Positions 37,270 through 45,671 of a stretch of DNA of 64,000 bases are shown here, piece after piece (positions within the stretch are counted from its first letter, which is position 1; the number at the start of each line of letters is the position of its first letter). The DNA lies in assembly GCA_938048735.1 (NCBI GenBank), contig CALIUM010000011.1, forward strand, positions 24,816 to 88,815. The letters are read 5' to 3'. The notes beneath the pieces are model-generated. The model was not told where the DNA came from, made no database searches, and saw nothing but the letters and a program-made list of their open reading frames with translations. This DNA is from an uncultured archaeon. Its GTDB lineage: Archaea > Thermoproteota > Bathyarchaeia > TCS64. The position numbers were made by a program, and so were the translations under genes.

Positions 37270-38445
37270 TTACCCTAAAACATCTTTAAATTTTACTTTA
37301 TCTATTATACCTTTTTTAGTTAGGTATTCAATTGTTTCTCTTGATTTCTCTTCTAATAAATTCAAAATTTTTTCTTCATTAAAACCTCCAACTATAATCA
37401 TAATATCTATTCTGTCATTTGTTTCGTCTATAAAAATAGGATCACTAATATATATTGCTTTTGGTGTTGACTTTTCTCTTATCCATCTTATAAAGGTGGA
37501 TTCGATTTTTTCTTTGGTAATTTCACCCCTCAATTTAACTGGGATCCTGGCTAACACATAAAAAATATATGATTCTTTTAAATCAAAATTTAAGAGCGTT
37601 CTATATAACATTGAATTAAATATGTTTTCTAGAGAATCATAAATTTTCAGGCTGCAACCAGTAGAAATTAATATTGTATATAATTTAATATCGAAGTATT
37701 TTGAAAATCTTATAAAATCATTCACGAAACTCACTTTAGATAACATCAACCCTAGAATTTCATTCAGGATCATGCTCCCTTTAATTAAATTACCTTTCCT
37801 GTCAACTCCAACATAGTCTTCTAGAAGATCTCTGTTTATTATAAAGATTGGATAAAATCCTTTATTTATGCAAATAGTTATTGATGATACAGAATTAAAA
37901 TGGGCATCGGAGGGTTGTGTTGGAGATGGTATCAAAGCTATAGAGATCAAATCTATTTTCCATTCCATTAACTTTGATGTTATATATGGAAAAAGACCAC
38001 TTCCAACCCCATCCCATGTAGATGAAACTATTAATGCAGATTTAACCTTATGTAGAAGCCTGTCTTTTAAATCTGAATCTAATAATCCTCTCTTTTCAAT
38101 ATATTCATACATATTAAAACAAAAATGTTCATCGATATTAGGGTCGACATCTATAAAACTAAAAAAATCTATTTTATCAATGAAATTTTCTATGAAGAAT
38201 TCACTTTTCTTACCAATTAGGAGAAACAAAATATCGTTAGATGATTTTAACGATAAATTTTTTAAAAAAATGTTGTTTGTATATCCACCTAAACTTATAG
38301 ATGCTCTTTCTGGTATCCTGAGTTTCAATGACCTAATATGCCTCAAAACACTTTCAAGCACATCGAATGATTCTATACTCATCAGGTCACGAAGTAAACT
38401 TTTAAAGGCCTTACAAATAAATATTATGAATGAAGGCCATGCCAC
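37270..38445 (-). CDS. Degenerate FtsZ/tubulin-like paralog (possible pseudo-GTPase partner)
   Basis: Weakened motifs at FtsZ-like spacing: SLGGYTNN (T1), FIDVDPNI (T2/3), SSTWDGVGSG (T4, vs GGGTG[ST]G), IALIPSPTQPSD (T5); the start is probably the internal MSIESF (38382). Confidence 0.5.
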   Translation of the reverse strand: MAWPSFIIFICKAFKSLLRDLMSIESFDVLESVLRHIRSLKLRIPERASISLGGYTNNIFLKNLSLKSSNDILFLLIGKKSEFFIENFIDKIDFFSFIDVDPNIDEHFCFNMYEYIEKRGLLDSDLKDRLLHKVKSALIVSSTWDGVGSGLFPYITSKLMEWKIDLISIALIPSPTQPSDAHFNSVSSITICINKGFYPIFIINRDLLEDYVGVDRKGNLIKGSMILNEILGLMLSKVSFVNDFIRFSKYFDIKLYTILISTGCSLKIYDSLENIFNSMLYRTLLNFDLKESYIFYVLARIPVKLRGEITKEKIESTFIRWIREKSTPKAIYISDPIFIDETNDRIDIMIIVGGFNEEKILNLLEEKSRETIEYLTKKGIIDKVKFKDVLG

Positions 38446-40784
38446 GATTACATGATTCAGTTAAATTCATCCAAAGAATAATTAAAATTTTTACTTTTTC
38501 AGTTTCTTTTTCCGCCCTTTCTATGGGCCTTTCCTTCATTCCACTTCTTCCTCAACCCATACCACTAATAATATCTTTCATCATTTCTTTTTTAATACTG
38601 AATAATCGCAGAGAGGGAATGATTATGGGAAGCTTTCTAATTGGATTAGGATTAATATATCATTTGAGTAGAATAAACCTTATTTTAATACTTGGAAGCA
38701 CTGAAACAAAACTACTTTTTTTAAGTATTTTAATAATTTTTTTCCTTTTTACCCCAATAATTGCAAAAATATATGAAGATATCATAGCTATTTCTATTGG
38801 AATCATCGCTGCATCAATGCTTTTTTTCAATCAAATATACTTTTTCGCAGTACCCCTAATAATAGTTTTTGCAGGGATATACAAAAAACAAAGGATATGG
38901 CTAACATTATCATATTATGCTGTTATCTCGATTCCAATACAAATAATGCAATACATAAAATACATTTACAATGAAGAATATCATACTCTACCACCTTTAT
39001 ATGTTCCATTATCAGAAATCTTTAACGATATACAAGAATCAATGAAAAAAATAAGTATAAATGAAATATCAAGGGTTTTAGATATTATTTCTGGGCAGTT
39101 TAAATCGAGGTCAGACTCAACACTAAAATTCATGATAAATGCCGTATCTGAATATATAAACTCATTTCCAGGAGTCATTTTCTTTTTGATAATAATGTTC
39201 AGCCTTGTTTCCATAACTGCCTACATAATGTCTAATTCATTGAAAATCATCGAAAGTATGGAGATAACAAAAAAATATTCCAAATTCCTAGAAATATTTT
39301 TTTCAGTTATCACTGTAACGATAATTACAACACTATTCTATACATTTCTTATAATTCTTCAAGAACCATTATCCTACGTGGCAGAAATAAATCTTTTCAA
39401 CACAATGGCAGGCATTATTGGAACAGTATTAACTACCATCCCAATTTCCTTCATAAATTATGAGATGAAAATCAGCAAAATAATAGAAAGGCGCTCTGAA
39501 ATAATAAGAAGAAATTCTGAAAAATTAATGGATGATATGGAAAATTTTAACGAATTAATTAGAAAAATCAGTAAAAATATCCCAGTTAATGTTGACTCTC
39601 TAAAAAGTGAAGCTGTTTCAATTGAGGAAAAAATTAAAGATATATTGGATAATATAAAATATGGAATTTATGGTTTAACAGATTTGGAAAGTAAAATTTC
39701 AGCAATAGATACTGAAATAAAAGATGAAGTAAATAATTTATACAAAAAATTAAATACTGTATTGAATGAATATTATAGGAATGAAGACTATGACTTCAAT
39801 ACATTGCTAGAAAATTATAAAAAAATAGGAATTGAAATAAATGGCGAGATATCAATAAATTACATAGATGATGAACCAATAGAAATAAAAATAGAGAAAA
39901 TAGAAATGATGCTAAATAAGCAATGGGAAATAACTGAAAAAATTTTAGACATATATGAAAAAATATATAACATACTAAGAAATTATTATGATCCTTTACT
40001 TCCAGAAGAAAATCCTACTCTGGCTATTGCAAAACAAAAATTTCAAGAAAGGCAGTTTCCATGCGTTATCCTAGAGGCAGTATATATCTCGATTAATAAT
40101 CTGGAAATGCAATACTCAAAAGAAATATCTAATACTATTAACAGGTTAATTGAACTTATGAATTCAACAAAAAACATTTATATAAATAAAGAAAAATCAA
40201 CGATCTTAAGTAAGGAAATTCGTGATAGATTAATAGATGCTGAAAATAAGGTAAATAATTTAATAGAGATATCTGAGAAAAAAGTTTTCACTATAACTAA
40301 GGTTATTAAAGTAAACGAAATAATAAATGAATATGTAAAAATATATAAAGAGATGTTTCAAGACATATACGAAGAAATAACTCTAAAAGAAGGTCATATC
40401 GAAAAATTAGCAATTAGTGAGGGAATAAAATTTACAAAAAACAATCAAGTAAAAGACAAAATAATTTACATTTTAGAAACCCTAAAACGGCCTCATATTT
40501 ATAATATTAATGAAACTATAATTAATTTAGAAAAGTTTTTAATGCAAATTGATGAATGTTTCGAAATTATATCTAATTATAATGAAACTGAGGAAATCCT
40601 AGCGAACTACGAGATTTCAGAGTTAATTATGAAAAAACTATTAAGAGAAAAGGGATTAATAAAAATAAATGAACTTCCATTCAAAAAAGAAATTGCAAAA
40701 AAATATATGGAGATTTTCAGTCAGCGATATAAAAAAGATGTGATGCTTGATTTTGAAACATTTACAATTTACAGAGGGGATTAA
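38430..40784 (+). CDS. Polytopic membrane protein (~8 TM helices, N-terminal ~330 aa) with a ~450-aa coiled-coil cytoplasmic domain
   Basis: Multiple long hydrophobic segments followed by heptad-rich Lys/Glu/Ile/Asn sequence; AT-rich codon usage. Confidence 0.6.
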   Translation: MKAMPRLHDSVKFIQRIIKIFTFSVSFSALSMGLSFIPLLPQPIPLIISFIISFLILNNRREGMIMGSFLIGLGLIYHLSRINLILILGSTETKLLFLSILIIFFLFTPIIAKIYEDIIAISIGIIAASMLFFNQIYFFAVPLIIVFAGIYKKQRIWLTLSYYAVISIPIQIMQYIKYIYNEEYHTLPPLYVPLSEIFNDIQESMKKISINEISRVLDIISGQFKSRSDSTLKFMINAVSEYINSFPGVIFFLIIMFSLVSITAYIMSNSLKIIESMEITKKYSKFLEIFFSVITVTIITTLFYTFLIILQEPLSYVAEINLFNTMAGIIGTVLTTIPISFINYEMKISKIIERRSEIIRRNSEKLMDDMENFNELIRKISKNIPVNVDSLKSEAVSIEEKIKDILDNIKYGIYGLTDLESKISAIDTEIKDEVNNLYKKLNTVLNEYYRNEDYDFNTLLENYKKIGIEINGEISINYIDDEPIEIKIEKIEMMLNKQWEITEKILDIYEKIYNILRNYYDPLLPEENPTLAIAKQKFQERQFPCVILEAVYISINNLEMQYSKEISNTINRLIELMNSTKNIYINKEKSTILSKEIRDRLIDAENKVNNLIEISEKKVFTITKVIKVNEIINEYVKIYKEMFQDIYEEITLKEGHIEKLAISEGIKFTKNNQVKDKIIYILETLKRPHIYNINETIINLEKFLMQIDECFEIISNYNETEEILANYEISELIMKKLLREKGLIKINELPFKKEIAKKYMEIFSQRYKKDVMLDFETFTIYRGD

Positions 40785-41700
40785 AATGTATTCGTTTCAA
40801 GGATATAAAGTAGGTTTAGGCAATATCAAATTGGATATATTTGATGATCGAATTGAAATATATCTTGAAAGAGGTTATCTAAAAAAGAGTAAAGAAGTTG
40901 TGAAGGTAATTTATTTTAAAGAGATCAATAAGCTTGAAACCAATAATAATGACCTTATTATTTACTTTACTAGTGGTGAAATATATAATATAAGTTTCGA
41001 ACAAAGAGAAATATTGAAAAATATATATGATGAGTTAATTGTTATCTTAACGAAAATTAATGGCAATACTGACCGCAAAATCAGTGCAACTATGTTAACT
41101 GATTTAACTAAAAAATCTATTTGTTTGATTGATTTTTTATTTGATGTTGTTTTAAACTTACGGGGCAAAATTTTCTGGGAAAATTTAGAAAAGAATCTAA
41201 AAGATATGAAGAAAGTTTATGAAGATATTAAAGCAATTTATAATAATTTTGTGGATCTCGAATTTATGGAGGTTGAGAAAAACATAACTGATCGTAATCC
41301 TGAACAGATCCCCCTGAAGGTGTTTGATTATGTAAAACTAATATTGTCTTTTTATAGAGGTTTAGAAAAAATTGATGATAAAGATTTGATTATTTTAAAA
41401 TCTAAAATTATGGATTTTTCAAAAATTATTGAATCTGAGATATTATTGAACGATATAATAATAGGTATAATTCTAGGAGATGGCTTTGTCGATGAAGAAA
41501 TTGAGGTTTTTATAAATCTAATAAACCCCCTATTCAAAAAAATTAACATTACTTTAGAAAGAAGTGATATAATAAATCAATTCGAAGAACTAAAGTTTAA
41601 GGGAAAAGATTATCAAGTAATAAATAAAATTAGGAATTTCTTTAAGGATTTAGTCATGAGATATTTCTCTGGTGAAGGATTAAAGGTTTCCCTTCTATGA
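40747..41700 (+). CDS. Hypothetical soluble Lys/Ile/Glu-rich protein, last gene of the island operon
   Basis: 317 aa; overlaps the upstream gene end; no motif recognised. Confidence 0.5.
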   Translation: MILKHLQFTEGIKMYSFQGYKVGLGNIKLDIFDDRIEIYLERGYLKKSKEVVKVIYFKEINKLETNNNDLIIYFTSGEIYNISFEQREILKNIYDELIVILTKINGNTDRKISATMLTDLTKKSICLIDFLFDVVLNLRGKIFWENLEKNLKDMKKVYEDIKAIYNNFVDLEFMEVEKNITDRNPEQIPLKVFDYVKLILSFYRGLEKIDDKDLIILKSKIMDFSKIIESEILLNDIIIGIILGDGFVDEEIEVFINLINPLFKKINITLERSDIINQFEELKFKGKDYQVINKIRNFFKDLVMRYFSGEGLKVSLL

Positions 41701-41805
41701 GACTGGCTTGATTTTTAAGCTTCGCGCCCTCCTTTAATTTGGGTGTAGGCCTTGTCGTATGTCTATCAGGAGAGGTTGTGGAGAGGGGCTGAGAGGGGGT
41801 GCTGT

Positions 41806-43434
41806 ATGGCGGAGCACGGCATCGTCGCCTCAAAGCATCCTCTGATTGGGAGGGCGGGCATTGATGTGTTGAGGAGGGGTGGGAATGCGGTTGATGCCGC
41901 CGTCGCGGCAGCCTTCGTTGACTGCGTGGTTGAGCCCGCCATGAATGGTATAGGAGGTGAGGGTGTGATGGCCATCCACCTGGCCTCGGGAGAGGATGTC
42001 ATTATAGATTACGTTGGGAGGCCCTCAAAGGATTGCACTCCCGACATGTATGAGCTTCTCGAGGAGGTTGAGCCGGGCTGGATGGGGTGGAGGAGGGTGA
42101 AGGACGACGCTAACATCATTGGGCATAGGGCTGCGACGGTGCCCGGAATCGTGGCAGGGCTGGCTAGGGCCCTAGAGCTCTATGGCACGATGGAGCTGTG
42201 GGATGTGATGGAGCCAGCGATCAGGGCTGCGGAAGAGGGGTTTCCCGTGGGCTGGTGGACGGTCTCCCACATCGCCCAGACGATGCATAAGTTCTACAGG
42301 TTCCCGGAGTGGAGGAGGCTCTTCCTCAAGGAGGAGAGGTATCCTCCACTGCCCTATACACATGCCAGAAGAGGGAGCCCAGACCTGCTAGTCAACAGGG
42401 ACCTCGCGAGGTCCCTCAAACTCATCGCAGAGGAGGGGCCAGAGGCCTTCTACCGCGGGGAGATAGCGGAGGCAATAGCCATGGATATGGAGAGGAATGG
42501 GGGGCTCATCTCCATGGAAGACCTGGCCATGTACGAGCCAATCATCTACAAGGCTGCGGATGGAGAATACAGGGACCTAGAGGTTATCTATGATCCCAGC
42601 CATGCGGGGACAACCCTGATGGAGATCCTCAACATCCTCGAGGGCTACAGCCTCTCGGACTATGGTTTCGGATCCTACGAGCATCTTCACCTGCTGGCGG
42701 AGGCTATTGGCCTAGCCTATGCGGACAGGTTCAAGTATATGGGGGATCCCGAGTTCATAAGGGTGCCTCTTAAAGGTCTAGTATCGAAGGCTTATGCCGA
42801 AGAGTTGAGGGGGCGTATAAGCCTCGAGAAGGCCCTAGAACTGAGCCCCGGAGATCCCTGGCCCTATGAGGAGTGCACGACGGCCCTAGCCGTTGTGGAC
42901 ATGGAGAGGAACGCCGTCGCAGTCAACCAGACCCTTGTAGATATATTCGGCTGCGGCGTGGTGGTGCCGGGGACGGGCCTCGTGCTCAATAACGCGATGT
43001 ATGGGCTCAACCCAGAGCCCGGCCATGCCAACTCCATCATGGGGAGGAAGAGGAGGATACAGAACGTCTGCCCGACGATATTGTTGGAGGATGGGGAGGC
43101 CTTCATGGCTCTGGGAGCTCCTGGTGGGAGGGCCATCCAGACATCCATAGCCCAAGTCATAGTCAACGTTGTCGACTTCGGTATGGACATACAATCGGCT
43201 ATCGAGGCCCCTAGGATCGTGAGGGAGACCAAGGATGTGCAGCTTGACAGTAGGTTCTCAAGGGAGGTCTATTATAGATTGCTGGCCGCAGGCCATAGAG
43301 TGGCCTATATAGATAAGGAGATTGGAGGGTGGGGGAGGCCCGTTGGAATAGTTGTCGACAGGGAGAAAGGCCTATTGTATGGGGGTGTGGAGAGCCACTT
43401 CCTAGGCTTCGAGTCAGAGGCTATAGGATACTGA
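41806..43434 (+). CDS. ggt: Gamma-glutamyltranspeptidase
   Basis: GGT N-terminal pattern (GGNAVDAAVAAAFV...NGIGG) and autoprocessing/nucleophile region ECTTALAVVD; start chosen at MAEHGIVAS (the ORF track begins at 41752). Confidence 0.85.
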   Translation: MAEHGIVASKHPLIGRAGIDVLRRGGNAVDAAVAAAFVDCVVEPAMNGIGGEGVMAIHLASGEDVIIDYVGRPSKDCTPDMYELLEEVEPGWMGWRRVKDDANIIGHRAATVPGIVAGLARALELYGTMELWDVMEPAIRAAEEGFPVGWWTVSHIAQTMHKFYRFPEWRRLFLKEERYPPLPYTHARRGSPDLLVNRDLARSLKLIAEEGPEAFYRGEIAEAIAMDMERNGGLISMEDLAMYEPIIYKAADGEYRDLEVIYDPSHAGTTLMEILNILEGYSLSDYGFGSYEHLHLLAEAIGLAYADRFKYMGDPEFIRVPLKGLVSKAYAEELRGRISLEKALELSPGDPWPYEECTTALAVVDMERNAVAVNQTLVDIFGCGVVVPGTGLVLNNAMYGLNPEPGHANSIMGRKRRIQNVCPTILLEDGEAFMALGAPGGRAIQTSIAQVIVNVVDFGMDIQSAIEAPRIVRETKDVQLDSRFSREVYYRLLAAGHRVAYIDKEIGGWGRPVGIVVDREKGLLYGGVESHFLGFESEAIGY

Positions 43435-43473
43435 AAATATGGGATCCTAGAAGCCGATTCTCCCTGAAACTCA

Positions 43474-43659
43474 TTACTTAGTCTCTTTCCGCCTCTTAAT
43501 ATACCAAATCCTCCCACTTTTGCTGGTCTCGATGTAGAAGTCAGGGTTGTAGAAAAGCATCTCCTTAACGAATTCTCTCATGGTTGTTTTGGAGCCATCA
43601 GACCTGAATATCACCTCATCAAGATCCACGGTCACACGTCTAGCCTTCTTCTCCTCCAA
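43474..43659 (-). CDS. Hypothetical small basic protein (61 aa)
   Basis: ORF only; in the gap after ggt; C-terminal KRRKETK. Confidence 0.3.
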   Translation of the reverse strand: MEEKKARRVTVDLDEVIFRSDGSKTTMREFVKEMLFYNPDFYIETSKSGRIWYIKRRKETK

Positions 43660-43825
43660 CCAGAATCAACCAATAAATTTTATGGCGCATCCTCCTATAA
43701 TCCTTACTGTTTCACCGCAGCTTCATAGCTACTTAAGCCTTCTCCAATTGATCCGGATAAAGCCGTCATCGCTTTCGAGGAGGCATACAATCTGGAATCC
43801 CAAAAATTCTATCATAACATCCAGG

Positions 43826-44224
43826 TCATATGCCTGCTATGTTGTCGAGGTCCTCCACAGCTCTTGTTCCAAGGGTTGCCATAAGCCTCCCTATTCTCCT
43901 TCTCATATCGGCTTCAACCCTGACTCCCATGCTCTCCAGGAGTAGAAGCATCTCCCGATTGATCCTCTTACCCTCCCTATCGAAGTCGCTCAGGATCAGG
44001 ACCGTCCCCCCTCTCTCGGCTACCTTCTCCGCCAGGGCGGTGTGGGCCTCATGTCTTGAGATAACCTCTATCTGGCCACGGTATCCGAGGCTTTTCAATG
44101 CCTCGACATCCCTAGCTCCCTCGACGAGGACGGTGTCCACGGTCTCCTCGGCCTCCCTAAGGAGAAGGCTGAGCTCGGCAATGGCCTGCTCCCTATCCCG
44201 CTTCAAGTTCATTTCTCCATCCAC
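43826..44224 (-). CDS. Small Toprim-domain protein
   Basis: VLVEGARDVEAL...ILSDFDREGKRI: Toprim motifs (E...DxD); 132 aa; overlaps the 3' end of the upstream glycerate kinase by 16 nt. Confidence 0.65.
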   Translation of the reverse strand: MDGEMNLKRDREQAIAELSLLLREAEETVDTVLVEGARDVEALKSLGYRGQIEVISRHEAHTALAEKVAERGGTVLILSDFDREGKRINREMLLLLESMGVRVEADMRRRIGRLMATLGTRAVEDLDNIAGI

Positions 44225-45612
44225 CTATCCGCTGAGACCAGTATCACCGCTAAATCGTTCACATTCGTCCCCGTAGGCCCCGTTATTATCAGGTCTCCAA
44301 GCCTTTTGAAGAAGTTGTAGGAGTCATTCTCTCTGAGGTATCCCTCGGGCGAGATCCCGATGGCTCTGGCTCTGGTTATTGTTGTTCCGTCGACCATGGC
44401 CCCAGCTGCGTCGGTAGGCCCGTCTATGCCGTCGGTTGCAAGGAAGGCTATTACGGCGTTGACCCCCTCGATCTTAAGGGATGAGCTCAGAGCAGCCTCC
44501 TGGTTTCTCCCCCCCTTACCTCTTCCCGCTACTGTCACCGTCGTCTCCCCTCCAGCTATCAGGGCTGCGGGCGGTGGGATGGGGTTGCCCGACGCAGCTA
44601 TCTCCCTAGCTATCCCTCCGATGACGCCTCCAACATGCCTTGCCTCCCCCTCCACCCTTGTGGATAGGATGAGGGTTTTATATCCTAAACTTGAGGCCAT
44701 GGAGGCGGCTGCTCTGGCTGCTGTCATATTGCTCCCAACTATGAGGTTGAAAACCCTACTGAATATCTCGTCCCCAGGCTTCGGGGTCTCCTCGGCCTCC
44801 CCTCTGAGGCCAGCCTCTATCCTGGATCTAATGGATTCGGCTACTTTATCCCACAGACCATATTTAAGGAGGATCTCGTAGGCGTCCTTGAAGGTTGTGG
44901 GGTCTGGGGCTGTTGGGCCTGAAGCTATTACATCCAATGGGTCTCCCACGACGTCTGATATTATAAGGCCCAAGACGGTTGCAGGGTAGGCCCATCTAGC
45001 CAGTTGTCCGCCCTTGATGATGGAGAGGTGCTTCCTCACCGCGTTGAGTTCGTTTATAGTAGCTCCACATCTCAGGAGCATGCCTGTAAGATCTCTTAAC
45101 TCCTCTAGGTCTACCCCCTCTGCGGGGTCTGCCATCAGGGCTGATCCCCCTCCGGAGATGAGGACGATCACAAGATCATCTTGGTTTAACCCCTTAACCA
45201 GCTCGAGCATCCTCTCCACCCCTCTAACCCCATCCTCCCCTGGGATGGGGTGGGGCGCCTCATTAAGCCCTATTCTATCGAGGTGGTAGCTCGATCCCGT
45301 GCCCTTTAGGATGTTCACCACCCCTGCCGTGATCCTATCTCCTATGAGTTCCTCCAAAGCTTCTGCCATCGCCCCTCCAGCCTTTCCCCCTCCGACGACT
45401 AGGATCCTCCTGAATCTCCCCATGTCGAGCTCTATTTCTCCTGCCCTAAGGAGGTTCCCCTCTCTGGTTAGGTGGCCTAGAATCGCTTTCTTCGGATCCA
45501 CTTCCTCTAAGGCTACGCTGAGGATGTCGAGGGCATCGCTTCTAAGCTTCCAAAGCTCTGGTGAAGGCGAGTTCTCAAGCAGCTGGAGCCTATTCCTTAT
45601 CTCCATTCCCAT
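44209..45612 (-). CDS. gck: Glycerate 2-kinase (MOFRL family)
   Basis: DUF4147/MOFRL pattern (VVGGGKAGGAMA...LISGGGSALM...GATINELNAVRKHLSIIKGG...GGETTVTV.G.GKGGRNQE...ATDGIDG); start taken at MGMEIRNR (the ORF track extends to 45804, overlapping the EF-2 3' end). Confidence 0.8.
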   Translation of the reverse strand: MGMEIRNRLQLLENSPSPELWKLRSDALDILSVALEEVDPKKAILGHLTREGNLLRAGEIELDMGRFRRILVVGGGKAGGAMAEALEELIGDRITAGVVNILKGTGSSYHLDRIGLNEAPHPIPGEDGVRGVERMLELVKGLNQDDLVIVLISGGGSALMADPAEGVDLEELRDLTGMLLRCGATINELNAVRKHLSIIKGGQLARWAYPATVLGLIISDVVGDPLDVIASGPTAPDPTTFKDAYEILLKYGLWDKVAESIRSRIEAGLRGEAEETPKPGDEIFSRVFNLIVGSNMTAARAAASMASSLGYKTLILSTRVEGEARHVGGVIGGIAREIAASGNPIPPPAALIAGGETTVTVAGRGKGGRNQEAALSSSLKIEGVNAVIAFLATDGIDGPTDAAGAMVDGTTITRARAIGISPEGYLRENDSYNFFKRLGDLIITGPTGTNVNDLAVILVSADRWMEK

Positions 45613-45671
45613 TATGTAAGGTTGGAGAGGCGGCCTGATAAAATAGTTATTTGGTGGAGTTTGTGGGTTTT

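Larger units (their letters stand above)
33540..41705. other. Compositionally distinct AT-rich genomic island (~8.2 kb) encoding an FtsZ/tubulin-superfamily module
   Basis: Abrupt drop in GC relative to both flanks; the five ORFs use Lys/Ile/Asn/Glu-rich, AT-biased codons unlike the host genes; no integrase or obvious att repeats detected. Confidence 0.7.
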
